64,000 bases of DNA. It comes from Waterburya sp. (GTDB taxonomy: Bacteria; Cyanobacteriota; Cyanobacteriia; Cyanobacteriales; Xenococcaceae). Under the pieces are notes generated by a model, which was not told the origin of the DNA, made no database searches, and saw only the letters and a program-made list of their open reading frames with translations. Position 1 is the stretch's first letter, and each line of letters opens with the position of its first letter. This document shows, piece by piece, positions 52,723-60,684 of the stretch. The translations under genes were made by a program, and so were the position numbers. Location of the stretch: assembly GCA_965217895.1 (NCBI GenBank), contig CBDCJV010000002.1:352001-416000 (forward strand). The letters run 5' to 3'.

Positions 52723-54057
52723 TTATTTGCTAAAACCGCGCATTTTACCAGGATTTAGTAAGCCGTAAGGATCTACCTGCTGTTTGAAGGCTACTTTTTG
52801 CGGATCGATCTGTTTGTTGCCACCGTCTTCAATAGTGTAAACGTGAGGATTGGCAATAAATGCCCCTTGAGATTCATGATTATGAATAATTTCATTTAAT
52901 CTGGCTTCGGTAGTGTAGCGAATTAGCTGCAATCCCGCAGGGACAGCTTTATTTCCCGCCCGCAAAAATTCTAGGTGAATCATGATTTCATCCCCAGCTC
53001 GATCCAGTTGCTCTAGTCTATCGAGGGTGAAATAAAAAGTTTGTAAATAAGTTAAGTTGCTATCGACATTGCGAGCATGAAGAGTAGTGTGATTCCAGGT
53101 AAACTCTAATAAGCTCGTACCTTTGGCTGCTTCAGAAGCACTTTTACTATAGGTTATTTCTCCTTGATATTCTCTGACTAAATCTTGGAAAGGAGCAAAA
53201 TCATACTCCGACACCATCAGCAAAGCGCAATGTTTTCCTTCAGGTAAATAGTTTTGTAAGGCAGCAAAATAACGAGTAATTGGTGCAGCATGAATACTAA
53301 CTAGTTTTTTGACAATACCATTACTGTCGCTTAATGCCTGTCCAAACTTAGCAGCAGTCATAAAGTCAGCAAATACCACAATTACTTCTTGCCAAGGATA
53401 AGCAGGGGCGAGAGGAATTTCTAGTTCGGTAATAATTCCTGTAGTACCATAAGCATGAAGCACTTTTTGTACCTCATCTCCAGACAGTTCGATAACTTGA
53501 GGCTGTGTTTCTAAAGTTACTATGCGTACTCGCCGTAGATTACCGCGATCGCTGATCTGTCCATAGTTAATCGAACCCATGCCCATACTGCCACCGCTAA
53601 TAAAGCCACCAATGCTAGCTGTACGATAGGTAGAAGGAGCCATACGCAGTTCCCAACCTATTTCTCTTGCTTTTTTATCAAAAGCTGCCATCTTAACTCC
53701 TGGCTGCACACAGGCTATTCCAGGTTTCAACCACTTGATTTGATTCATTTTAGAAGTATCTAAAATAATGCCACCCTGTAACGGTATGCACTGACCATAG
53801 TTGCCTGTTCCAGCACCTCTAACTGTTAAGGGAATTTTGTGCTTGACACAAGTATGGGCAACTTGTACCACTTCCTCTTCTGTGGTTGGAAAAACAGCTA
53901 ATTCTCCCCGCTTATGCTGCAATTGCTCGGTCAGAATCGGGCTGAAGTGATAATAATCTAAAGATAGTTTAGCTAAACGATCGCGATCGCTAATCGTTTC
54001 AATTCCTGCTAACTCTTTGGCAATCTCTTGATAATTTATGTCCGTATTAATATTCAT
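52723..54057 (-). CDS. FAD-binding oxidoreductase (GlcD/FAD_binding_4 type)
   Basis: TVRGAGTGNYGQ, ASIGGFISGG, GTTGIITE, DPYGLLNPGK. Confidence 0.9.
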   Translation of the reverse strand: MNINTDINYQEIAKELAGIETISDRDRLAKLSLDYYHFSPILTEQLQHKRGELAVFPTTEEEVVQVAHTCVKHKIPLTVRGAGTGNYGQCIPLQGGIILDTSKMNQIKWLKPGIACVQPGVKMAAFDKKAREIGWELRMAPSTYRTASIGGFISGGSMGMGSINYGQISDRGNLRRVRIVTLETQPQVIELSGDEVQKVLHAYGTTGIITELEIPLAPAYPWQEVIVVFADFMTAAKFGQALSDSNGIVKKLVSIHAAPITRYFAALQNYLPEGKHCALLMVSEYDFAPFQDLVREYQGEITYSKSASEAAKGTSLLEFTWNHTTLHARNVDSNLTYLQTFYFTLDRLEQLDRAGDEIMIHLEFLRAGNKAVPAGLQLIRYTTEARLNEIIHNHESQGAFIANPHVYTIEDGGNKQIDPQKVAFKQQVDPYGLLNPGKMRGFSK

Positions 54058-54078
54058 TAAATGTCTCCCTCGCGCATT

Positions 54079-54103
54079 CCCTTGCGCCTGTCGGCGACGC
54101 GGG
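54079..54103. repeat. Intergenic copy of the 43220-43244 repeat
   Basis: CCCTTGCGCCTGTCGGCGACGCGGG, 23 of 25 identical. Confidence 0.8.
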
Positions 54104-54129
54104 GTCGCTCGTCTAACTGCTCTAACTGT

Positions 54130-55410
54130 CTAAAAACCTTTTCTAAATCCTTCTCCTTGATTTATGGGAGTGCTAAGGCTAGGTTCATTGCTATTGGCGG
54201 GACTTCTCTTCTGCTCAGTATTAGGCTGCTGCAATAATATATATATACCACCAATCATGAAAGTAATCAGAGCGATCGCCAAACTGACAATTTCCCAACT
54301 AGAAATATTTCTATGCTTTGGCTTTTTGGCATTTAGCTGAGATTTTAACTTACTTTGTGTAAATACAGAATTGACCTTTATTGGTGTCAATTTATCATCT
54401 AAAGCAACGGCGTTATAACTCTTTTGCCCTATATTCTCATCCGTATTTAAATTAACAGTATTGGAAAATGGTTGAAATTTTTCGACTACGGGTGAAGCGA
54501 TAATATTTTTCGGATGAACTGCTTCTGAAGTTTCCCAATTTATATTTTCATTAACGGCAATAGACTGATTTTTTACTTCAACATTATATAAAGTATCTAG
54601 AGCTTGTAAAACTTTTGTTGCCGACTGATAACGCTCATTGGGTTGATACCTTGTCATTTGAGTCAAAACTTGAGCCAATTGGGGACTAACATTGGCTAAA
54701 GATTCCCAAATTAATTCTCCTTCTTCATCATCTTCTAAATCTATAGGCACAATTCCTGTAAGTGCCTGGATACCAATTACGCCTAACGCATATAAATCGC
54801 TTGCGGGCAAAGGCTTTCCTCTAGCTTGTTCTATGGGCATATAGCCTTGTGTTCCCACTGCCACCGTTAATTGATTAGCGTTTGCTTGTCCATGTAGTAC
54901 CTCTTTGACTGTACCGAAATCTACTAAGACTAATTTGTTGTCAGAATCACGGCGAATCAAATTATCTGGTTTAACATCACGGTGAATTACCCCTTGAGAG
55001 TGAATAAACTGTAAAACATTCAAACCATCTTTTAGTAATTCAATAACTTGTGTTTCTGTCCAAGTTTGGGCAGTAATTAACTTTTGGACAAGAGTTTGAC
55101 CTTGAATATATTGCTGAACTAAATAAAATTTTTCTTCTTCTTCAAAATAAGCTAGAAGCTTAGGAATCTGTTCATGATGCCCTAATATGTGTAGAGTAGA
55201 TGCTTCAGTGTAAAACAAACGACGAGCTACTGCTAAAAGCTTTGAGTCTTCACCTCTAGGATATAGTTGTTTAACAACACACTTATTTTTTCCTGGTAGC
55301 TGAGTGTCTTCTGCTAAATATGTTTTACCAAATCCTCCCTTAGCAATATACTCAATAACTTTATAACGAGAGCCTAAAATTTTTCCCTTCACGGTCGAGT
55401 ACAAATTCAA
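54130..55410 (-). CDS. Hanks-type Ser/Thr protein kinase with C-terminal TM
   Basis: GGFGKTY, VVK, HRDVKPDN, DFG, SDLYALG. Confidence 0.95.
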   Translation of the reverse strand: MNLYSTVKGKILGSRYKVIEYIAKGGFGKTYLAEDTQLPGKNKCVVKQLYPRGEDSKLLAVARRLFYTEASTLHILGHHEQIPKLLAYFEEEEKFYLVQQYIQGQTLVQKLITAQTWTETQVIELLKDGLNVLQFIHSQGVIHRDVKPDNLIRRDSDNKLVLVDFGTVKEVLHGQANANQLTVAVGTQGYMPIEQARGKPLPASDLYALGVIGIQALTGIVPIDLEDDEEGELIWESLANVSPQLAQVLTQMTRYQPNERYQSATKVLQALDTLYNVEVKNQSIAVNENINWETSEAVHPKNIIASPVVEKFQPFSNTVNLNTDENIGQKSYNAVALDDKLTPIKVNSVFTQSKLKSQLNAKKPKHRNISSWEIVSLAIALITFMIGGIYILLQQPNTEQKRSPANSNEPSLSTPINQGEGFRKGF

Positions 55411-55585
55411 ATTTTGTGATTGTCAAAGTACAGGAATATACTAATATCAAATAAACAAATTCATGATAACTAAGTCTTTTCAGTAAGATGACGACTTATA
55501 TTTGTGGTGGCGATTGCTCTCAAACTGTATATCCTTAGATTAAACTACGCTTCAAGTTTATTTATTAACTTAAAGTCATAAGTTG

Positions 55586-56470
55586 TCACAAGTTTTGCCA
55601 ATTGCTGTTAAAACGATAAAATCGGCGATCGGTATTACCTTGAGGAAGCAGTATTTCTTGCTCCAGCATAGTTTTCAAGTCTCTTTGTAGGGTGCGTCGA
55701 GAGACATTAGGAAACATTGCCTCGCAGTTTTGAATGGTTATTTCTAAGTGACTGGCTGCATATTTTAAGATTAAGCTTTGACGGGAATTAAGTTGATGTA
55801 ACTGTGCTAGTTTTTCCCAAGGTTGAATTGAATTATGTTTAATTACTTCATCACCAATATCATCTTTTAAATAGGCTTTTAATAAGATTTCAATTTCCTG
55901 AAAAATTTCTTGTTGATGGGATTTGTTACTACGAATCGCTAGCAAAATCAAGGTATTAGCACTATGAACGCAAACTTCAGCTAGTATGGCACTTCTTTGC
56001 TCTGTTAAAGTAGGATTACGAGCTTGAAGTAGCTTTGCCTTAAACTGAATTGCTTCTTGAGTAAAATTGGCATCGATATTTTTAAATATAGTCGGTGAAG
56101 TGAAAAACTGTGAAAAAATAATTCTGGAAGTGGGTTGCTCAAATAGTTTTTGAAATTGAATGGTAACAGTATGAATAAAATCGGCAAAGGGTAATTGAAT
56201 CACTTCAGGACGCAGTAATTTATCCCAAACAACATAAACGCGACCGACGTGACGTAATTCTAAAGCATTAAAAATTGCCAATTTATCGGGAAAAAATTGA
56301 TAAAGCGAACCCACTGCTGTATTTGATTGGGCTGCGATCGCATGGGTAGTAGCAGCCTCAAAACCTACCTTATCAAAGATTATAGCTGCTGCGTCTAAAA
56401 TTCTTTCGACACGTTCTTGACTACGTTTTTGTTGAGGTTGACGACGTAGGGGATCTTTTTTGGATTTCAT
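55586..56470 (-). CDS. TetR regulator fused to a C-terminal DeoR-like winged HTH
   Basis: RILDAAA..TTHAIA..GSLYQFFPDK; C-terminal LNSRQ..VSRRTLQRDLKTM..GNTDRRFY; ATG 56470 preferred. Confidence 0.88.
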   Translation of the reverse strand: MKSKKDPLRRQPQQKRSQERVERILDAAAIIFDKVGFEAATTHAIAAQSNTAVGSLYQFFPDKLAIFNALELRHVGRVYVVWDKLLRPEVIQLPFADFIHTVTIQFQKLFEQPTSRIIFSQFFTSPTIFKNIDANFTQEAIQFKAKLLQARNPTLTEQRSAILAEVCVHSANTLILLAIRSNKSHQQEIFQEIEILLKAYLKDDIGDEVIKHNSIQPWEKLAQLHQLNSRQSLILKYAASHLEITIQNCEAMFPNVSRRTLQRDLKTMLEQEILLPQGNTDRRFYRFNSNWQNL

Positions 56471-56471
56471 C

Positions 56472-56501
56472 TTGACTAATGCGAACAATATGTCGTATAT
56501 T
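56472..56501 (+). promoter_or_regulatory. Promoter/operator of the divergent TetR-Rieske pair
   Basis: TTGACT-N18-TATATT overlapping the imperfect palindrome ATGCGA-N8-TCGTAT. Confidence 0.5.
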
Positions 56502-56817
56502 TAAAAGCAATAAAAGTTATCTTATTAGCTGCTGATACTAAATTCTGTTCGTATAGGTGAGTTATTGATTTGAGAGGTCAGGAAGTTAATAACTAGCTTT
56601 GTCAATCGGATTTAGTATGAAAAGGGTTAACTCACAGCAATTAGATACTTGCGACATTATTTATTTTACTTGTCGCGATCAACTTTTGCCTTTAAATTCA
56701 TAGCTTAAGCAAAGTTATAGATAAACATACAGTCTACGATCATAGGCGATCGCGCCTTGTCTAGTTCCTGTCTAGTTTTTTAGTTATTTTATTTCAGCCA
56801 ATTTAAATAGAGGAAAT

Positions 56818-57789
56818 TTGATTATGTCCATGTTAGAAGGTGCGCCTTGGCTATTAACGCATAAATCGATGCTAGAGATAAATAAACCCCATAAAATCTC
56901 CCTTTATGGCAAAGATTATGTAATCTGGAAAGATAAAGCGGGACGAGTTAATGCCTTATCTAATGTCTGTCCCCATATGGGTGCAATGCTGTCGGCGGGT
57001 TGGTGTGAGACACAATCAGATGGTACGAGTAAGGTAGTTTGTCCCTTTCATGCCTTGGAATTTGATACTGATGGTTGTACTGTCTTACCAGGAACAGATA
57101 ATAAGACTTTACCTCAGCTTAAACCTTTAGAGTTAATTATTCAGGATGATTTTGTTTGGTCTTATGGCGATTATGAGCTGAAAATTCCTATCCCCGATAT
57201 TTTAAATAAGATTGCTCAAGATTATGATTTTATTGGCTCGACTGCCGATACAAGTGTCGAGACAGACTTGCGATCAATGTTGTTAAATATGCACGATTAT
57301 AATCATCAAAATGGCACCCATCGAGATTTATTTGAAATTACCGAAGTTAGGTTTGAGCAATTTATCGACAATGGCTATCATTCTGAGGCTTTCTTTAATA
57401 CTCCTACCGCACCAAAAACTTTTTGGCAAAAGCTTAAACAACCCAACCAGTTTTTACTTCCCGAAGTAATAGAAGCTCATCTAGAAAACTATTTTCCTTC
57501 TTTGGTTATTTTTCATGGCAGTAGTCCTTTTGGTAAGATTGCTCAATGTCATATTTTTATTCCAGAATCATTAACTAAAACTCGTACTTATGTATTGCTG
57601 TTCGGCGAAGTAAGCAATCCCTTAGCCAAACTATTAAAAAATCAATTTCTCAATCTTAGTAAAGCTGTTGTCGAACAAGATGCAGGTATCTTAAATAAGA
57701 TTTATGCTGACGCACCACAAAAAATTAAGTTAAATAATGAGGTAGGTATGGATTGGGTTAAGCGTAATTTTGTTAACTGGCAAGAATAA
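56818..57789 (+). CDS. Rieske non-heme iron oxygenase
   Basis: CPHMGA..CPFH Rieske motif; NMHDYNHQNGTH and EQD mononuclear-iron ligands; start ATG 56824 or 56830. Confidence 0.9.
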   Translation: MIMSMLEGAPWLLTHKSMLEINKPHKISLYGKDYVIWKDKAGRVNALSNVCPHMGAMLSAGWCETQSDGTSKVVCPFHALEFDTDGCTVLPGTDNKTLPQLKPLELIIQDDFVWSYGDYELKIPIPDILNKIAQDYDFIGSTADTSVETDLRSMLLNMHDYNHQNGTHRDLFEITEVRFEQFIDNGYHSEAFFNTPTAPKTFWQKLKQPNQFLLPEVIEAHLENYFPSLVIFHGSSPFGKIAQCHIFIPESLTKTRTYVLLFGEVSNPLAKLLKNQFLNLSKAVVEQDAGILNKIYADAPQKIKLNNEVGMDWVKRNFVNWQE

Positions 57790-57850
57790 AGGTTTGTAGC
57801 GATTGAAATGAAGAGTCTAACCCTCTTAGACGGGAGCATATTCTACTCTC

Positions 57851-57888
57851 GCGGTGGGGGTTTCCCTCATGAGCGACTGCATCAAGAC
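57851..57888. repeat. Small dispersed repeat (GGGAAACCC-loop type)
   Basis: Minus strand GCAGTCGCTCATGAGGGAAACCCCCACCGC resembles the units nested at 29415-29546. Confidence 0.5.
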
Positions 57889-57889
57889 A

Positions 57890-57994
57890 ATGTTTCGAGA
57901 TTTCAAGAAAGGTGGCTATAATTTGGAAGGAACTAAAATAATTGGCGATCGCTTGATATCTCTACTGATTATAGTGAGTATTGCTTATACATAG
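57890..57994 (+). pseudogene. IS4-family transposase fragment
   Basis: Manual translation MFRDFKKGGYNLEGTKIIGDRLISLLIIVSIAYT*, the segment that follows the catalytic Glu in cyanobacterial IS4 transposases. Confidence 0.7.
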
Positions 57995-58014
57995 GACTTA
58001 CGCCAAAGAAAAAT

Positions 58015-58466
58015 TTGATTAAAATTGATGTATTTGATCGCTTTGGTTTTGGCTTGGACAATAAAATCTTACTGCCGTATCACTGTTACCCATTTGATAA
58101 GTTTTTAATTAAAGGTAAGCCTTGGATTGAGAGAGAACTTGGCAAAAATAACAAAATACAGAAAGGCGATCGCAGTCTGAGAAAATTTCAGGCATATTTT
58201 GGCATGAGTTATAGCTACAGGCAGTTGGGCGATTCAAAACAAAAATCATTTCACGGATCTCGTTTGGTTCGTTCTCATTTATATTCTTGGGCGGTGTGTA
58301 AAATTGCCCCCGCAAGGCAAAAATAGATTCAGATGTGGAGCAAAAGTTTAAAAATCGCTATCGAGAATTAAGATTCTCGGTACGTGGTAAAGATGTAATA
58401 GTAAGCATATTGTTTTATGCGACTCGTTTACTATATCGAGAACTGTTGACTCATGTAAGGGATTAG
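58015..58466 (+). pseudogene. IS110-like transposase C-terminal remnant, frameshifted
   Basis: RSLRKFQAYFGMS..QLG..GSRLVRSHLY; frameshift near 58322, then IDSDVEQKF..ATRLLYREL*. Confidence 0.55.
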
Positions 58467-58499
58467 ATAGAAAATTAAAACAAAGTAACAAAATTTGTT

Positions 58500-59168
58500 T
58501 TGAGCAAAATGAAAATTTTCAAAATTTTTCGTCCTATTCTTTCTTTAATATTGGTTTTAGCTACAACCCTATTAGTTAGCTGCGGTAGTGCTACGGTTTC
58601 TGCGCCACCGACTTATACTCCTGAAAAACTACAAAAAATTGAAACCTACCGTATTCCTCTGGATATCGCCCGTCAGAGAATTTCTGAACTGGGTGAATCT
58701 ATTGGTAATGAAAACTGGTCAAACGCAAGTAGTTTTCTTCATGGTCCTTTAGGCTCGATTAGAAGAGACTTAACTTATCTGTCTAGAGCTTTACTACCCG
58801 ATGAGCAAGAGTCTGCATTAGAGGCAGCGAACGATATCTTTGGACATTTTGAAAATATTGATGCAGCCGTTAGCGATAAAAACTACACCGTAGCAATTAA
58901 CCAGTACAAAGAAGTTGTGTCTGATTTGGATGCTTATGCTGGTTTGATTCCTCAGACTGAAAAACCAGTTAATCAAGCAGAAAAAGTAACTGACAAAGTA
59001 GAAAAGTCAGTTAACCAAACAAAAAGAGTAACTCGAAAAGCAACAGAAAAGTCAGTTAACCAGGCAGAAAGAGCAAAGTCACAAGCTGAAGATGTATTTG
59101 AAGGAGTTAAAGCAGAAGTAGAAGAGACAATCGAAGAGATTACTCCTAATTTTGGTGAAGATACCTAA
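58500..59168 (+). CDS. psbQ: Photosystem II lipoprotein PsbQ (CyanoQ) with C-terminal extension
   Basis: Lipobox LVSC, PPTYTPEKL, FLHGPLG, LLPDEQ; start probably ATG 58509. Confidence 0.9.
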   Translation: MSKMKIFKIFRPILSLILVLATTLLVSCGSATVSAPPTYTPEKLQKIETYRIPLDIARQRISELGESIGNENWSNASSFLHGPLGSIRRDLTYLSRALLPDEQESALEAANDIFGHFENIDAAVSDKNYTVAINQYKEVVSDLDAYAGLIPQTEKPVNQAEKVTDKVEKSVNQTKRVTRKATEKSVNQAERAKSQAEDVFEGVKAEVEETIEEITPNFGEDT

Positions 59169-59173
59169 AAAAC

Positions 59174-59356
59174 GACGTTGGTGATTTAATGTATGACATA
59201 CAGAGTGTTTCTGTTCGTAGCTCTTAGCTTTTAGCGCGAACTGGAGTTCGCCGACTTGCCAAGGGCAAGGCGAGGCTTTCCAAAGCCTGCTATTAGCTTT
59301 TTTAATTTAATAAATGGCAGCAATGTTAAAGAATCATACCTTGATTCACCAACGCC
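59174..59356. mobile_element. MITE-like element, copy A
   Basis: Imperfect 24-bp TIRs GACGTTGGTGATTTAATGTATGAC / ATCATACCTTGATTCACCAACGCC; internal heptamers and nested hairpins. Confidence 0.7.
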
Positions 59357-59395
59357 TAAAAAACTTAATAGTATTCATGAGCTATAGAGACTTGT

Positions 59396-59428
59396 AAAGG
59401 CTTGGCACTGCTGAGCCTTTTTATTTTT
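59396..59428 (+). terminator. Intrinsic terminator-like hairpin
   Basis: AAAGGCTTGGCA-c-TGCTGAGCCTTT followed by TTATTTTT. Confidence 0.6.
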
Positions 59429-59446
59429 AGTTAAATTAATTCAAAG

Positions 59447-60547
59447 ATGAGCAAAATTGTTATTATTGGCTGCGGGATAGTGGGTGCAGCGATCGCCTAT
59501 GAGCTTAGTCTGATCCCAGGATTAAACATTACTGTAGTTGAAAAAAATACTCCCGCTTCTGGCTCAACGGGGGCAGCTTTAGGCGTATTAATGGGTGTCA
59601 TTAGCCACAAGCAAAAAGGCAGGGCTTGGCGGTTTCGTGCCACTAGTTTAAAACGCTATGAAACTTTAATTCCCGAACTTGAAGCTAAAACAGGGTTATC
59701 TATTCCTGTTAATCGCCAGGGAATTGTCAAGCTCTTGTTTGAGGGGGAAAATCTAGAAAAATGGTATAAGCTACAAAGGTTTCGCGCTTCAGAAGGTTGG
59801 AATTTAGAGATTGGCGATCGCAATTATGCCACTCAACAATGTCCTCACGTAGTTAATGACCAGATTATCGGTGCGGTTTATTCTCCTCAAGACAGACAGA
59901 TAAACCCTGTCAAGTTAACTCAAGCCTTGGTGTCTGCTGCCACTGCTAACGGGGTCAAGTTTCATTTCGGCATTATGGTCAAAGATTTTATTACTCAAGC
60001 TGCAAATGACAATAAACTATCAAGCTGTCAACAGCTAGAAACCAACGCAGGAAAAATTGAGGTTGAACAATTGATTATTTCGGCTGGTTTGGGTTCAACT
60101 CCCTTAACTCAGTCTTTACAGCAAACAATTCCGATTCGCCCTGTATTGGGACAGGCAATCAAATTCAAGTTAGACAAGCCTTTAGGCAATGCTAATTTTC
60201 AACCCGTAGTTACAGGCAATGATATTCATATCGTACCTTTGGGCAATCAAGAATACTGGCTTGGTGCAACCGTAGAATTTCCTAATGAAAGAGAAGAAAA
60301 TATTGCTGATGCTCAAATGTTAGAACAGCTAAAGCAAGAGGCAATTAATCTTTGCCCTCAGTTGAAAGATGCTAACATCCTTGAAACATGGTCTGGCAAA
60401 CGCCCTCGCCCTGAAGGTATTTCCGCCCCAGTTATCAATATGCTATCAGGTTACGATAATGTTTTACTTGCTACAGGACACTATCGTAACGGTGTCTTAC
60501 TAGCCCCTGCAACAGCCCTAGAAGTAGTCAATTTAATTGCTAATTGA
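59447..60547 (+). CDS. FAD-dependent oxidoreductase, glycine oxidase/D-amino acid oxidase family
   Basis: IIGCGIVG, GSTGAALG, PVLGQ, WSGKRP, ATGHYRNGVLLAPATA. Confidence 0.9.
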   Translation: MSKIVIIGCGIVGAAIAYELSLIPGLNITVVEKNTPASGSTGAALGVLMGVISHKQKGRAWRFRATSLKRYETLIPELEAKTGLSIPVNRQGIVKLLFEGENLEKWYKLQRFRASEGWNLEIGDRNYATQQCPHVVNDQIIGAVYSPQDRQINPVKLTQALVSAATANGVKFHFGIMVKDFITQAANDNKLSSCQQLETNAGKIEVEQLIISAGLGSTPLTQSLQQTIPIRPVLGQAIKFKLDKPLGNANFQPVVTGNDIHIVPLGNQEYWLGATVEFPNEREENIADAQMLEQLKQEAINLCPQLKDANILETWSGKRPRPEGISAPVINMLSGYDNVLLATGHYRNGVLLAPATALEVVNLIAN

Positions 60548-60558
60548 TCATTAATTTA

Positions 60559-60679
60559 GGTGTTACTGAATCAGGATATGAAATGTAAAAGTTTCAATTT
60601 TGTATATTTCTTCAAAAGCTAAAAGCTAAGAGCTACGAATAGTATTACTATCGGCTTCATACATTAAATTAACAACGCC
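60559..60679. mobile_element. MITE-like element, copy B (inverted relative to copy A)
   Basis: Related TIRs; 60618-60639 is the exact reverse complement of 59214-59235. Confidence 0.7.
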
Positions 60680-60684
60680 TTGAT

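Noticed and set aside
59447..60547. Calling this gene thiO
   Set aside because: Only family-level motifs and no thiamine genes nearby
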